Source of the DNA: an uncultured Lentisphaeria bacterium
Lineage (GTDB): Bacteria > Verrucomicrobiota > Lentisphaeria > Victivallales > UBA1829
Assembly: GCA_949282305.1 (NCBI GenBank)
Contig: CASDPB010000047.1
Coordinates: 155,514 to 219,513, forward strand
Reading direction: 5' to 3'
Length of the DNA stretch: 64,000 nucleotides
The notes below the pieces were generated by a model, which saw nothing but the letters and a program-made list of their open reading frames with translations, searched no databases and was not told the origin of the DNA. Positions 29,819-39,958 of the stretch are shown here, in pieces. The stretch's first letter is position 1, and the number at the start of each line of letters is the position of its first letter. The position numbers and the translations under genes were made by a program.

Positions 29819-30652
29819 ATGAAAAAACTCGGATTCATCGATCTCTTTATCGACGAATGGCACGCAAACAATTATCCGGCATGGATCAAGGAAGCGAAAC
29901 GCGGAACGGAATTTGAACTTGCCTATGCCTGGGAAAAAGCTCCGCGCAACGGGCGTCCGCTTGAAAAATGGTGCGAAGATTTCAGTGTAACGCCGCTCGG
30001 AAGCATTGAGGAAGTCGTAGAAAAATCGGATGCGGTTTTCGTGCTTGCGCCGTCCAATCCGGAAGTTCACCGCGAACTGGCTGAAATTCCCCTGAAGAGC
30101 GGTAAGCCGGTCTTTGTGGACAAACCGTTCGCTCCGTCAAAAGCCGATGCGGAGGCAATGTTTGAACTTGCGGCAAAGCACAACACCCCGCTGATGTCAA
30201 GTTCCGCCCTCCGTTTCTCCACCGAACTGAACGCCTATCGTAATCAGCCCGGCACGACTTATATCGAAACAACCGGTGGAGGAAGTTCCTTCTGGGAATA
30301 TTCGATTCACCAGGTGGAAATGATCGTTTCCGTGCTCGGGACAGGCGCAAAACGCATCATGCAGTGCGGCGCGAACGGCGTGGAACACATGGTCATACAA
30401 TACGGAGACGACCGCAGGGCATCCCTGACTTATACTTCCAATGCCCCGTTCACGGTCAATCTGGTTCACGAGGGAAAAATGATTGTCAACCCCCAGTGCT
30501 CCGATTTCTTCCCGGTTCTTCTTTCGGAGATTCTGGACTTCTTCGCAACAGGAAAATCTCCGATTGATGCCGCTCAGACGATTGAAATCGCAGCACTTGT
30601 CGCCGCCGGAATCAAAGCTCTCGAAGCAAAAGACGTCTGGCACAATCTCTGA
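29819..30652 (+). CDS. Gfo/Idh/MocA-like protein (atypical N-terminus lacking a clear GxGxxG)
   Basis: 277 aa. KKLGFIDLFIDEWHANNYPAWI start and ...PVFVDKPFAPSKADAEAMFELA, resembling the EKP/DKP block of this family. AAGGAGG SD. Confidence 0.55.
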   Translation: MKKLGFIDLFIDEWHANNYPAWIKEAKRGTEFELAYAWEKAPRNGRPLEKWCEDFSVTPLGSIEEVVEKSDAVFVLAPSNPEVHRELAEIPLKSGKPVFVDKPFAPSKADAEAMFELAAKHNTPLMSSSALRFSTELNAYRNQPGTTYIETTGGGSSFWEYSIHQVEMIVSVLGTGAKRIMQCGANGVEHMVIQYGDDRRASLTYTSNAPFTVNLVHEGKMIVNPQCSDFFPVLLSEILDFFATGKSPIDAAQTIEIAALVAAGIKALEAKDVWHNL

Positions 30653-30668
30653 TCCGACAAGATCAGGC

Positions 30669-30716
30669 AAAAAAAATGCGAGGCTTGCAGACAACTGGCA
30701 GACCTCGCATTTTTTA
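30669..30716. terminator. bidirectional rho-independent terminator between convergent genes
   Basis: Stem aatgcgagg/cctcgcatt (30675-30683 / 30703-30711), flanked by an A-run on the left and a T-run on the right. Confidence 0.7.
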
Positions 30717-30730
30717 TATGCGCAAAAAGG

Positions 30731-32134
30731 TTATTTTTTCCTGGCACTTCCGGCTTTTTTCACAGGCGCGGCAGCTTTGGCTTTGACTGCTACTTTCTTC
30801 GCAGGTGCGGCGACTTTAGCGGTCGCAGTTTTCTTCGCGGGCTCCGCTTTGACTGCTACTTTCTTCGCAGGTGCGGCAGCTTTGGCGGTCGCAGTTTTCT
30901 TCGCGGGCTCCGCTTTGACTGCTACTTTCTTCGCAGGTGCGGCGACTTTAGCGGTCGCAGTTTTCTTCGCAGGTGCGGCAGCTTTGACTGCTACTTTCTT
31001 CGCAGGTGCGGCAGCTTTGGCGGTCGCAGTTTTCTTCGCGGGCTCAGCTTTGACTGCTACTTTCTTCGCGGGTGCGGCGGCTTTGGCTTTGACAGGAGCG
31101 GCTTTCCTGACTGCGCCGGCTTTGACGGATGTTTTGGAATTTGTTTTACGCATCCTCGGCTCCACCGCTTTCTGTTCCTTGTTGGACTCTATGATTGCCA
31201 TGCACAACGCAAGAGCCTCGCGTCCGACTTTCCAGTTTTCATTGCCGCCCTTTGCAATTGACGAGGCAAATACAGCATGAGAATTCGGAATCGCCTTCAG
31301 CGATGCAAACTTGATCACTTTCGGTTTTTTCTGTCCTTTCTTATGAATTTCAATGCTGTCATCGGTCAGCAGAATGGCGCCATTCTGTCCGTAAATTTCA
31401 AACTTGTTCCCGCCGATCGGGAAAGTCCAGCTCAGTTCCAGCGTTGCCGTCGCGCCGTTCTTATAACGGAACAGGGCAACCACATTGTCCGGCACCTCAT
31501 GCGTCAGATTCGTCGTCTGCGACATGACAGTGTCGACGGGTCCGAAGTACCATTGAAGCAGGTCGGCCATGTGAACCGCAATGTCCGTCACGAGACTGCC
31601 TTTGTATTTCTTCTGGACAAACCATGTCGCTCCCGGAGACCAGCCGACATCCGGGCTGGATGTGGCGGCACGCAGACAACGGGCATGGAGCGGCTTGCCG
31701 ATCTCGCCCGCCGCCACAAGTTCCGCGATTTTTTTGTACAGCGTATGGAAACGAAGCGACTGATTGACCTGAAGAATCAGGCCGTTTTTCTCTGCAAGAT
31801 CAATCATTTCATCCGCTTCCTCCACGCTGGAAGCCATCGGTTTTTCAACAAGGACATGCTTGCCGGCGTTCAGACACTGGAGAGTCTGTTCGTAATGATA
31901 CAGGTTCGGCGTCGCAATGATGACCGCGTCGACATCGGATTTCAGGAGTTCATCCAGGGATCTGCAGAACTTCGGTTTCACTTTATGCTTCCCTGCCAGA
32001 GCTTCCGCTTTGCCTTTTTTGATGTCGAACATCGCCGTCACTTCTGCATTTTTGCCGAGAGAAAGCATTTCCGGCATGTGATTGGCATCCGCGATTTTTC
32101 CGCACCCGACCAGACCGACTTTCAGTACACCCAT
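30731..32134 (-). CDS. Gfo/Idh/MocA-family oxidoreductase fused to a C-terminal Lys/Ala/Pro-rich histone-H1-like repeat tail
   Basis: 467 aa from ATG 32134 (AAGGAGG SD 6 nt upstream; the track start 32158 is TTG). Rossmann motif VGLVGCGKIADANHMP and VLVEKPMA block. The last ~135 aa are AAPAKKVAVKA / EPAKKTATAKA repeats. Confidence 0.85.
   Translation of the reverse strand: MGVLKVGLVGCGKIADANHMPEMLSLGKNAEVTAMFDIKKGKAEALAGKHKVKPKFCRSLDELLKSDVDAVIIATPNLYHYEQTLQCLNAGKHVLVEKPMASSVEEADEMIDLAEKNGLILQVNQSLRFHTLYKKIAELVAAGEIGKPLHARCLRAATSSPDVGWSPGATWFVQKKYKGSLVTDIAVHMADLLQWYFGPVDTVMSQTTNLTHEVPDNVVALFRYKNGATATLELSWTFPIGGNKFEIYGQNGAILLTDDSIEIHKKGQKKPKVIKFASLKAIPNSHAVFASSIAKGGNENWKVGREALALCMAIIESNKEQKAVEPRMRKTNSKTSVKAGAVRKAAPVKAKAAAPAKKVAVKAEPAKKTATAKAAAPAKKVAVKAAAPAKKTATAKVAAPAKKVAVKAEPAKKTATAKAAAPAKKVAVKAEPAKKTATAKVAAPAKKVAVKAKAAAPVKKAGSARKK
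30770..31115. repeat. in-frame tandem repeat, about 5 units of 66 bp (each two 33-bp half-units), encoding the basic tail
   Basis: The marker ctttgactgc recurs at 30781, 30847, 30913, 30982 and 31048 (periods 66, 66, 69, 66). Units are nearly identical. Confidence 0.9.
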
Positions 32135-32245
32135 TTCTCCTCCTTGCTTTTTTGCCAACTTGATATTTTCCTGTGGAACTTATGGAAGTTAACACATAAA
32201 ATATGAAATTTCAATATCACCGCAACAATTAAATGCAAATAATTT

Positions 32246-32923
32246 TCATATCAGCATGCCATCTTTCAGTTCTACCGTCCGGTCCGCCAGCCCCGCCACA
32301 TACTTGTCATGTGTAACCATGACAATCGTCACTCCGCCCTCCGAGCGCAATTCATGAAAAATATCGAGGATTCCCTGCCCCGTCACCGAATCCAGATTCC
32401 CGGTCGGTTCATCCGCGAGAAGCAGTTCCGGCGAATTCATCAGGGAACGTGCAATCGCCGCGCGTTGCTGTTCACCGCCGGACAGTTCGTTCGCCCGGTG
32501 TTTGACACGATGCGCCAGCCCCACACGTCCGAGCAGGGCAAGCGCTTTTTCACGTGCCTCTCCTTTCGACATGCCGTCCAGCATCGACGGAAGCATCACG
32601 TTCTCGCAGATATTGAGTTCAGGCAGCATGTGGTATGCCTGAAAGACAAAACCGATCTTATGCCGCCGGAAGGTTACGGTTTCCCGCGCAGAAAGCGCAA
32701 GCACGTCCACCCCGCCGATCAGCAGACTGCCGGAATCGGGATGGGAAATCGTCCCCATGATATCCAGCAGAGTTGTCTTCCCGCTTCCGGAGGATCCCAG
32801 AAGCGCCACCCACTCGCCCTGCTCCACAGTCAGGGAAACGCTTTTCAGCACCTCCACCTTGTGAGAGCTTATTTTGAAAGACTTCGATATATTTTCCGCA
32901 TTCAGATAAATCATTTCTGCCAC
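32246..32923 (-). CDS. lolD: ABC transporter ATP-binding protein, LolD-type
   Basis: 225 aa. Walker [18 protein letters not shown], Walker [13 protein letters not shown]. Follows an FtsX/LolCE-type permease. Confidence 0.8.
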   Translation of the reverse strand: MAEMIYLNAENISKSFKISSHKVEVLKSVSLTVEQGEWVALLGSSGSGKTTLLDIMGTISHPDSGSLLIGGVDVLALSARETVTFRRHKIGFVFQAYHMLPELNICENVMLPSMLDGMSKGEAREKALALLGRVGLAHRVKHRANELSGGEQQRAAIARSLMNSPELLLADEPTGNLDSVTGQGILDIFHELRSEGGVTIVMVTHDKYVAGLADRTVELKDGMLI

Positions 32924-32932
32924 TCCTGCAAC

Positions 32933-34228
32933 TCACTCATAACGCAATGCTTTTGACGGATCCAGTTTGGCGGCGCGCAGTGCGGGAATCACTCCGCCGA
33001 AAGTGCAGAGGAGAACGGAAATCACTCCAATCCACAACAGGTCGGTCATAATAATACGGGCGGGAAGTTCGTCAAAGAGATAAATCTCCTGCGGGAAAAT
33101 CTCCTGTCCCGTCACAAAACGAAGCGCGCGCAAAATACTCATCCGGTAGATTACAACCAGTGCTCCGAGAATAATCCCGGAGGCAGTGCCGATCACTCCG
33201 ACATAAAATCCCTGCAGAATAAAAATGCGCATTACCGTTCCGGAACTCGCGCCCATTGCTTTCAGAAGCCCGATCTCGCGCGTCTTCTGGATCACCTGCG
33301 TAATGAGTGTGTTTGTAATGCTGAACGCGGCGACAAGCACAATAAAAACCAGCAGGAAAAACTGCATGTTCTTTTCCACGGCAAGCACTCCCAGAATCCG
33401 CCCGTTGATCTCCTGCCAGGACTCGATGAAATAAAGCGGTGCCTGTTCCTTCAGGCTCTTTTCCATTTTCGCCATAAAATCATCCATATGGAACGGATCG
33501 TCGGTCCAGACGTAAACCGCCGTTGCCGTTCCCCAGTCAAGCGAGAAAAGTTCATCGGCATCATCCAGATTCATGAAAATGAAATCGCGGTCGAAATCAT
33601 ATTTTCGGAAATTGGAAATCCCGGTAATTGTGAATTCGGACGGCAGATAAAGTTCGGAGTCCTTCGTCAATTCGATTCTGCCGTCTTTCCCTTTCCTGAA
33701 CAGTTTTGCAATGTTCGTCGAGGAATGGATCAGGATTTTGTCCCCGACATTCAATCCGAGTTCGCGCGCAATCACATAACTGACAATCACCTCTCCGCGC
33801 TTCAGGGAATATTCTCCGGCGAAAACAACCTCATCCACCCGCAGCTTGTTCGAGGTCTGCGCCGGATCGAATCCGATCACGACCTTCGGAACAAATGTAT
33901 CGTTCTTCTGCATCAGCACCGGAGCGATCACCGTCGGAAGAGCCTCGCCCCCCGCCTCTTTCACAAGATTCACAACGCGGTCAGGCTCGTCAATCACCAT
34001 CGAACGGAATTTGGGACGAATCTGCGCGTGCGAAGTCGTATCAAGAAGTTTCTCGCGCATCTTATCGGAAAAACCGCTCATGACTGCCAGCACAACGATC
34101 AGGACGGCAACGCCGAGCGCCACACCGACCACGGAAATCAAGGTTATGACAGAAACGGCGCTGCGTTTCGGTTTGAAGTATTTCCACGACAGGAAAAATT
34201 CTGTTCTGATTTTCATTCTTTTCTGCAC
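32933..34228 (-). CDS. lipoprotein-releasing system permease, LolC/E family (FtsX fold)
   Basis: 431 aa. N-terminal FFLSWKYFKPKR, a large periplasmic loop, and three C-terminal TM helices with GLLKAMGAS. Confidence 0.75.
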   Translation of the reverse strand: MQKRMKIRTEFFLSWKYFKPKRSAVSVITLISVVGVALGVAVLIVVLAVMSGFSDKMREKLLDTTSHAQIRPKFRSMVIDEPDRVVNLVKEAGGEALPTVIAPVLMQKNDTFVPKVVIGFDPAQTSNKLRVDEVVFAGEYSLKRGEVIVSYVIARELGLNVGDKILIHSSTNIAKLFRKGKDGRIELTKDSELYLPSEFTITGISNFRKYDFDRDFIFMNLDDADELFSLDWGTATAVYVWTDDPFHMDDFMAKMEKSLKEQAPLYFIESWQEINGRILGVLAVEKNMQFFLLVFIVLVAAFSITNTLITQVIQKTREIGLLKAMGASSGTVMRIFILQGFYVGVIGTASGIILGALVVIYRMSILRALRFVTGQEIFPQEIYLFDELPARIIMTDLLWIGVISVLLCTFGGVIPALRAAKLDPSKALRYE

Positions 34229-34358
34229 CTTCCAAGTTATCCTGATAAATTATCACTCATTTTATGATTTTTCATCCCCGTTCTCTGTATTTTCAGCAAA
34301 AAACAATGTATATTACCTCTCCTGACAACCCAAAACGGGACTTCCGGGGAAAAATGCA

Positions 34359-36608
34359 ATGAGAAAAAACAAATTATCCGAAATCGAGCTTCTGGCGCCG
34401 GCGGGAAACATGGCAAGCGCACTTGCCGCATTCGACGCGGGAGCGGATGCGGTTTACTGCGGCTTGAAAAAATTCAACGCCCGGGACCGTTCCGAGAACT
34501 TCACACCGCAGGAAATGTCCAAACTTATTGCTTATGCGCACAAAAACGGAAAGAAAGTCCATATCACTTTCAATACCCTCGTCAAAGAGTCGGAAATCCC
34601 TGCGGCGGCGGAAGAACTCTCCCTGCTTGAGGAGCTGGGGCCGGATGCCGTCATTGTGCAGGACATCGGCATTCTTTCCATGATTCGGGATTTTTTCCCC
34701 TCGCTTGCGATCCACGCCTCGACACAGATGGGGATTCACAATTCCGCCGGGCTTGAGCTTGCCGCGAAAACAGGGGCGAAGCGCGTGATTCTGGAACGCC
34801 AGGTCTCGCTGGACGAAATCAATCAGATGACGGATTACGGAAAGAACCTTCCGCTGGAACTGGAGGTTTTCGTTCACGGGGCGCTCTGCTGCTGTCTCTC
34901 CGGCTCCTGTCTTTTCTCCTCGTGGTTCGGCGGATGGAGCGGAAATCGCGGAAAATGCAAACAGCCTTGCCGCAGACAATATTTCGACTCCGGAGACATC
35001 GCGAAAAAGCATGGGGAATTTCTCTTTTCCCCCGACGATCTCTGCGCCATCGAACTGCTGGAGGATTTCAGAAAAGCCGGAGTCTGTTCCTTCAAAATAG
35101 AAGGACGGCTGCGGCGTGCGGACTACGTTTCCAAAGTCGTGTCCGCATACCGCATGATTATGGATGCCGAACCTGAAAAACGGACTCAGGCAATGGAAAA
35201 GGCAAAAAGCATTCTGCAGGGAACCTACACAAGAAGACTGTCCCTCGGATTTTATACGGATGTATCAGCAAAGGGACTGGTCCGCCGCGACGGAACAGGC
35301 GGATCCGGACTTTACTGCGGCAAGGTCACGGCAGTACGCCCGGACGGCTTTACGGCGTCCCTGACAAAACGTCTGCACGTAGGCGACACGATCCGCGCAC
35401 AGGGACTTTCCGATTCAGGAGACGGAACTACTTTTTCCGTGCTGAGTCTCTTTGTTCATAACAAGCCGGTCATGAAAGCACTTTCCGGCGAGCAGTGCTT
35501 TATCAGGACAGACAGGAAAATCACAAAAGATTCCCTGCTTTATAAAACAGGAGAATCCAGCTCCGACTATACTCAGAGAATCTCCGCCATGCCGATGGCG
35601 AAAACCGCCCTGAACCTGAACATCAGCTTGTCCCGGCGGGGCATATCCGCGGAAGTGAAGAATTTTCCGGAAAAGCTGCTTTGGCAAATGGAGCTGCATC
35701 TGGAGGAGGCGGCAAAGAATCCGCTGAGGAAAGAGTCTGTCATAAAAGAATTCTCGGCAGCGGCATCCAGCCGTTTCACCCTGGGGGAAGCGGAGATTTC
35801 CATTGCGGAAAATCCTTTTGTCCCCGCCAGTGAACTGAAGAAAATCCGGCGGGCATTCTGGCAGTGGGCGGAAGCAAACATCACGGAGGAAATGCCGGCG
35901 TGGAGAAGAAAAGAATCGCTCCGGATTTTTACACAGTTCCACTGCAATCTGAAACAAACGGATTTGAAACCGTTTCAGGACTGCACCGCTCTCCCGAAAG
36001 GCAAAAAGAACAATACGGGAACGGCAACCGCGCGGGCATGGAATGAAGTACTGTCTCCTGAAGATGAAGTGATACTGCCCTATTTCACAACGGAAAATGA
36101 ACTCGGCGCGCTGAAATCGGAGATTGACGGTCTCATTCGCAGGGGATGCAGAATATTCAGAGTCACTTCACTTTTTCATTTTGAACTGCTGAAGGACAAG
36201 GGAGTAACGCTTCGCACCTGTTTTCCCCTGCCCTTGACCAACTCGCTGGCAGTCCGGGAATGCCGGAAACTCGGCGCATCCGGTGCGCAGGCATGGATTG
36301 AACTGGGAAAGGAGGATCTCACCGAATTGCGGAAACATTCCGTTCTGCCGCTGGAACTTTATGCCTACGGGCGTCCCGGGCTTTTTTCCACGCGGGCATC
36401 CATCAGAAAGAAAGAACAGGAAATCTCCGACATCCGCAACAACCGCTTTTTTCTGCGCAGGAACGGGAAACTGACCTGCATTTTTCCGGACCGCCCGATG
36501 AAACTGGAATGGGATGCTCCCGGTTTTTCCCGTTTCACGGATTTGAGAAATGCCGTCCCGGACGAGAAGGAAACATCCGGCTTCAATTTCAGCAGGGGAC
36601 TTTCCTGA
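34359..36608 (+). CDS. peptidase U32-family protein (long form with C-terminal extension)
   Basis: 749 aa. N-terminal ELLAPAGN...AGADAVY and the U32 signature ELEVFVHGALCCCLSGSCLFSS. Confidence 0.85.
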   Translation: MRKNKLSEIELLAPAGNMASALAAFDAGADAVYCGLKKFNARDRSENFTPQEMSKLIAYAHKNGKKVHITFNTLVKESEIPAAAEELSLLEELGPDAVIVQDIGILSMIRDFFPSLAIHASTQMGIHNSAGLELAAKTGAKRVILERQVSLDEINQMTDYGKNLPLELEVFVHGALCCCLSGSCLFSSWFGGWSGNRGKCKQPCRRQYFDSGDIAKKHGEFLFSPDDLCAIELLEDFRKAGVCSFKIEGRLRRADYVSKVVSAYRMIMDAEPEKRTQAMEKAKSILQGTYTRRLSLGFYTDVSAKGLVRRDGTGGSGLYCGKVTAVRPDGFTASLTKRLHVGDTIRAQGLSDSGDGTTFSVLSLFVHNKPVMKALSGEQCFIRTDRKITKDSLLYKTGESSSDYTQRISAMPMAKTALNLNISLSRRGISAEVKNFPEKLLWQMELHLEEAAKNPLRKESVIKEFSAAASSRFTLGEAEISIAENPFVPASELKKIRRAFWQWAEANITEEMPAWRRKESLRIFTQFHCNLKQTDLKPFQDCTALPKGKKNNTGTATARAWNEVLSPEDEVILPYFTTENELGALKSEIDGLIRRGCRIFRVTSLFHFELLKDKGVTLRTCFPLPLTNSLAVRECRKLGASGAQAWIELGKEDLTELRKHSVLPLELYAYGRPGLFSTRASIRKKEQEISDIRNNRFFLRRNGKLTCIFPDRPMKLEWDAPGFSRFTDLRNAVPDEKETSGFNFSRGLS

Positions 36609-36621
36609 CTGCGGAAACGAC

Positions 36622-36660
36622 AGAAAAAAACCTCTGCGGGGCAAAGTCCGGCAGAGGTTC
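36622..36660 (-). terminator. rho-independent terminator of the pst-pho string (hairpin may also stop the convergent U32 gene)
   Basis: Stem aacctctgc/gcagaggtt (36629-36637 / 36651-36659). On the minus strand it is followed by TTTTTTT (36630-36624), about 22 nt after the phoR stop. Confidence 0.6.
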
Positions 36661-36680
36661 ACAAAGAGAAAAGGGTTATT

Positions 36681-38468
36681 CTATTCCGCTTTCCTGTTTT
36701 CCAAAGGCAGCTGGATATAAAAATCGCTGCCCTTTCCGGGTTCGCTGACAAGACCCGGTTTGCCGCCGTGAAGCAATGCCACATGTTTCACGATCGCCAG
36801 TCCAAGTCCCGTCCCCCCGAGTTTACGGCTCCTCGCCTTATCCACACGGTAGAAACGCTCGAACACCCGTTCCTGATGCTCCTTTGCGATCCCGATTCCA
36901 TGGTCAAGCACATCAATGCGGAACAGATTGCTGCCGCTTCGCTTCATCGTAACTTTGACGTCGGAACCCTCATTGCTGTATTTGATCGCATTGTCGATCA
37001 GATTGATGACCGCCTGTTCCAGGAGCTGGGCGTCGGCGCGGATCATCACATTATCCACGACATCAAGATTCAGCTTGATGTTTTTCGCCTCGGCGCGCGG
37101 ACGGCAAAGTTCCACGGCTTCGCGCACGGCTCCCTCCACCGAAATTTCCGGCATTTCCTCGGTGGAGCTCAAACGCTTGTGCTCCAGATTGGAAAGGCTC
37201 AGAATGTCCTGAACCAGCGCATTCAGCCGCGTGGCCTGCTGGGTGATAATCTTCATGAAACGACTCTGCGCCTCTTTGTCATCTCCGACGTTCTCCAGAG
37301 TTTCGACAGCGGCAATGATTGAGGTCAGCGGCGTCTTGATCTCATGCGTGACATCGGCGATGAAATCACGACGGAACTCCTCCAGTTTGCGGATCACGGT
37401 AATGTCCGTAATGACGAGAAGCACGCCGGGCTTGCGTTTTTCACCGAGATTCAAACGGCCGGCGCGAGCGATGAAACTGCGTTCGCCGTCCGGCATGTTG
37501 AGTGTCAGCTCCGACTCAAAAACACCGTCGGAATTCTTCGCGTCCTCAGCCAGTTTGATTAATTCGCGACTGCCTACAATCGCCGCAAAGGAAAGCCGGT
37601 TTCCATCGGAGGAGAAGTTGAACATCGCCTCCGCTGCCTTGTTCCAGCGCTTGATGATCCCGTTGCCTTTCACGAGGATCACTCCCTCCGTCATGCTGGA
37701 CAAAATCGCATCGCGCTCATTTTTTTCACGTGTGATCTTCGCCAGTTTCGCTTTGAGCTCCTCGCTCATGGAGTTCAGGGCAATCGCAAGGCTCCGTATC
37801 TCCCCGTTGTTCGGGACAGGCAGGCTCACGTCAAAATCACCTTGCGCGACCCGGTCCGCGGCACGGCGCAGTTCCTCCAGAGGATGCGTGATCAGCCGGA
37901 ACAGATAAAAAGCAAGTCCCGCGGCAACCAGAGCGCCGATGATCCCGGCGAGAAGAATCGTGCGGAACGCCTGTTTCAGAAGGACGCCGAGCCGTGCGGC
38001 TCCGACCGCCGTCCGGATGCAATAGGTCTTTCCATTCACCACGACCGGCATGGCATAGTAGGACATATAAGTTCCGAGCGTGCTGCTGTACCGGGTTGCT
38101 CCCGCGGCTTTCCCCTCCAGCGCGGAGGCGACTTCAGGGCGTTCCAGATGGTTTTCCATGAAATGGGGATCATTTTTCGAATCGGCAAGAATTTTACCCT
38201 TGTCATCAATCACAGTAACGCGGGTGTCCATTTTTTCCGAGATTTTTCTGCAGTATGCGCGCAGTTTGTCGAGATCCCCTTTTCCGATATATTCCGCAAC
38301 GGTGTCGCTCATCAGGAAATCACGCGCGGCGAGATTGTTGCGAACCGTCTCAAAATAACCGTCCTCCAGATTCGCTGCCTGCTTGTAAACGGCGAACAGC
38401 AGAAGCACAATCGCCAGCAGAAGAATCAGAGGAAGATAAATGAAGAGTTTGAAGTTGAACGTTTTCAT
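36681..38468 (-). CDS. phoR: phosphate-regulon sensor histidine kinase
   Basis: 595 aa. Two TM helices flank a periplasmic domain, then HAMP and PAS-like regions. H-box FIADVTHEIKTPLTS and G2 box GGTGLGLAIVKH. Sits directly downstream of phoB. Confidence 0.8.
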   Translation of the reverse strand: MKTFNFKLFIYLPLILLLAIVLLLFAVYKQAANLEDGYFETVRNNLAARDFLMSDTVAEYIGKGDLDKLRAYCRKISEKMDTRVTVIDDKGKILADSKNDPHFMENHLERPEVASALEGKAAGATRYSSTLGTYMSYYAMPVVVNGKTYCIRTAVGAARLGVLLKQAFRTILLAGIIGALVAAGLAFYLFRLITHPLEELRRAADRVAQGDFDVSLPVPNNGEIRSLAIALNSMSEELKAKLAKITREKNERDAILSSMTEGVILVKGNGIIKRWNKAAEAMFNFSSDGNRLSFAAIVGSRELIKLAEDAKNSDGVFESELTLNMPDGERSFIARAGRLNLGEKRKPGVLLVITDITVIRKLEEFRRDFIADVTHEIKTPLTSIIAAVETLENVGDDKEAQSRFMKIITQQATRLNALVQDILSLSNLEHKRLSSTEEMPEISVEGAVREAVELCRPRAEAKNIKLNLDVVDNVMIRADAQLLEQAVINLIDNAIKYSNEGSDVKVTMKRSGSNLFRIDVLDHGIGIAKEHQERVFERFYRVDKARSRKLGGTGLGLAIVKHVALLHGGKPGLVSEPGKGSDFYIQLPLENRKAE

Positions 38469-38471
38469 GTT

Positions 38472-39179
38472 TTACGGCTCCTGAGAGAAACGGTATCCGA
38501 TTCCGCGGACAGTTTCGATCAATTCTCCATATTCCCCCATTTTGCGGCGGAGTCCGACAATCTGCACGTCGATGGCGCGTTCCGTCACGGGATAATCGTC
38601 GCCGCGGATCGCGTTCACGATCTGATTGCGGGTAAACACCCAGCCGGGGCGTTTCGCCAGATGATAAAGGATATTGAATTCGGAACAGGTAAGGTCAAGT
38701 TCCTGCCCGTTCAACATCGCGGAACGGCGCGCCGCATTCATGTGCAGGGGACCGCGGGAAAGCTCCTTTTCATCCTCCGACGTCTCCTCCAGGGCGGCAA
38801 TGCGACGAAGAACCGCGCGGATGCGCGCCGTCAGGATTTTCGGGCTGAACGGTTTCGTGATATAGTCGTCCGCGCCGAGCTCCAGCCCGATCACGACATC
38901 GCTTTCTTCACTTTTCGCGGTCAGCATGATGACCGGAATATTCTTTGTGACAGGATCCGCCTTCAGATTCCTGCAGACCGTCAGCCCGTCCACTCCGGGA
39001 AGCATCAGGTCAAGCAGAATCAGATCCGGCTTGTAAGTGGCCGCGCTTTCCAGTGCGGATTCGCCGTTTTCGCAGCAGACAGGCACCTGATATCCCTCTC
39101 TCTGCAAATTGTACTTGATCAATTCCTGAATGGATTCCTCATCCTCGACGATCATGATTCTTTCTTTGCTCATCGGCAA
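38472..39179 (-). CDS. phoB: phosphate-regulon response regulator (OmpR/PhoB family)
   Basis: 235 aa. Receiver IMIVEDEESI...DLILLDLMLPGVDG, winged-helix C-terminus IETVRGIGYRF. Confidence 0.9.
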   Translation of the reverse strand: MPMSKERIMIVEDEESIQELIKYNLQREGYQVPVCCENGESALESAATYKPDLILLDLMLPGVDGLTVCRNLKADPVTKNIPVIMLTAKSEESDVVIGLELGADDYITKPFSPKILTARIRAVLRRIAALEETSEDEKELSRGPLHMNAARRSAMLNGQELDLTCSEFNILYHLAKRPGWVFTRNQIVNAIRGDDYPVTERAIDVQIVGLRRKMGEYGELIETVRGIGYRFSQEP

Positions 39180-39230
39180 AACCTTTCAAGGTTAAAAACA
39201 AGTCAAAATGTTTCTCTGTAAAATAATGCG

Positions 39231-39938
39231 TCAAAGTTCTTTTTCAACTACGGAAGAATGTTCTCCGCCGCCGGAAAAGCGGGAATAGGCATGACGCACG
39301 ATGCGCCCCGACTCCAGATAGATCACATCCTCGGCGATGTTCGTGGTGCAGTCCGCAATCCGTTCCAGACTCCGCGAAACGCCGAGCAGCGCCTGATAGG
39401 CGGCGACATGTTCCGGATCAGTCCGGACACGTTCGGGAAAATGTTCCGAATAACGTTCATGCAGCTCGTCAATCACATCATCCCCCATGATGACCTCCGT
39501 GGCGAGCGGGACATTGTGGCTGGAAAGCGCCTTGATCGAAGAATCCAGCATCCTGCGCACGGAAGCGGTCATGGCTTCAAAATCGACCGGAAGCGGCGGC
39601 ACGACGGAATCAGGCTTCGACTCCGTTGTAAACTCCGCAATGTCCACGGCAAGATCGCCGATGCGTTCCAGCTCGCCATTGACCTTCAGAACAGTGATAA
39701 TGTAACGGAGATCCCCCGCGACGGGCTGATAAAGGGCAAGCAGCTTGAGGCACTCTTCCTCGATCATGATTTCATTCCGGTCGATGTCTTCGTCTTTTTC
39801 AACGGTTTTCGCGGCAGCCTGCACATTGCCGTTCAAGAACGCCTTGACCACATTTCCCAGCATTTCGGCAACATCCACAGCCTGAGAGTAAAGTTTCTGG
39901 TCCAGAGCGCGAATCTCTTTGTAAAGATGTGTTTTCAT
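39231..39938 (-). CDS. phoU: phosphate signalling modulator PhoU
   Basis: 235 aa. Duplicated PhoU repeats, each containing an ERI(G/A)D motif. Confidence 0.9.
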   Translation of the reverse strand: MKTHLYKEIRALDQKLYSQAVDVAEMLGNVVKAFLNGNVQAAAKTVEKDEDIDRNEIMIEEECLKLLALYQPVAGDLRYIITVLKVNGELERIGDLAVDIAEFTTESKPDSVVPPLPVDFEAMTASVRRMLDSSIKALSSHNVPLATEVIMGDDVIDELHERYSEHFPERVRTDPEHVAAYQALLGVSRSLERIADCTTNIAEDVIYLESGRIVRHAYSRFSGGGEHSSVVEKEL

Positions 39939-39958
39939 TTCCGTATTTCTCCTTTGTA

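Noticed and set aside
30770-31115. Possible CRISPR array or non-coding satellite
   Set aside because: The repeats are contiguous with no unique spacers. The unit length is a multiple of 3, and they sit in frame inside a CDS. No cas genes are present.
30483-31280. Plus-strand ORF translating the 66-bp repeats as FFAGAAALAVAVFFAG..., resembling a repetitive membrane protein
   Set aside because: This is the antisense reading of the basic tail. The minus frame is continuous with a well-supported oxidoreductase that has a strong SD-ATG, whereas the plus ORF runs through a terminator and the end of the upstream gene.
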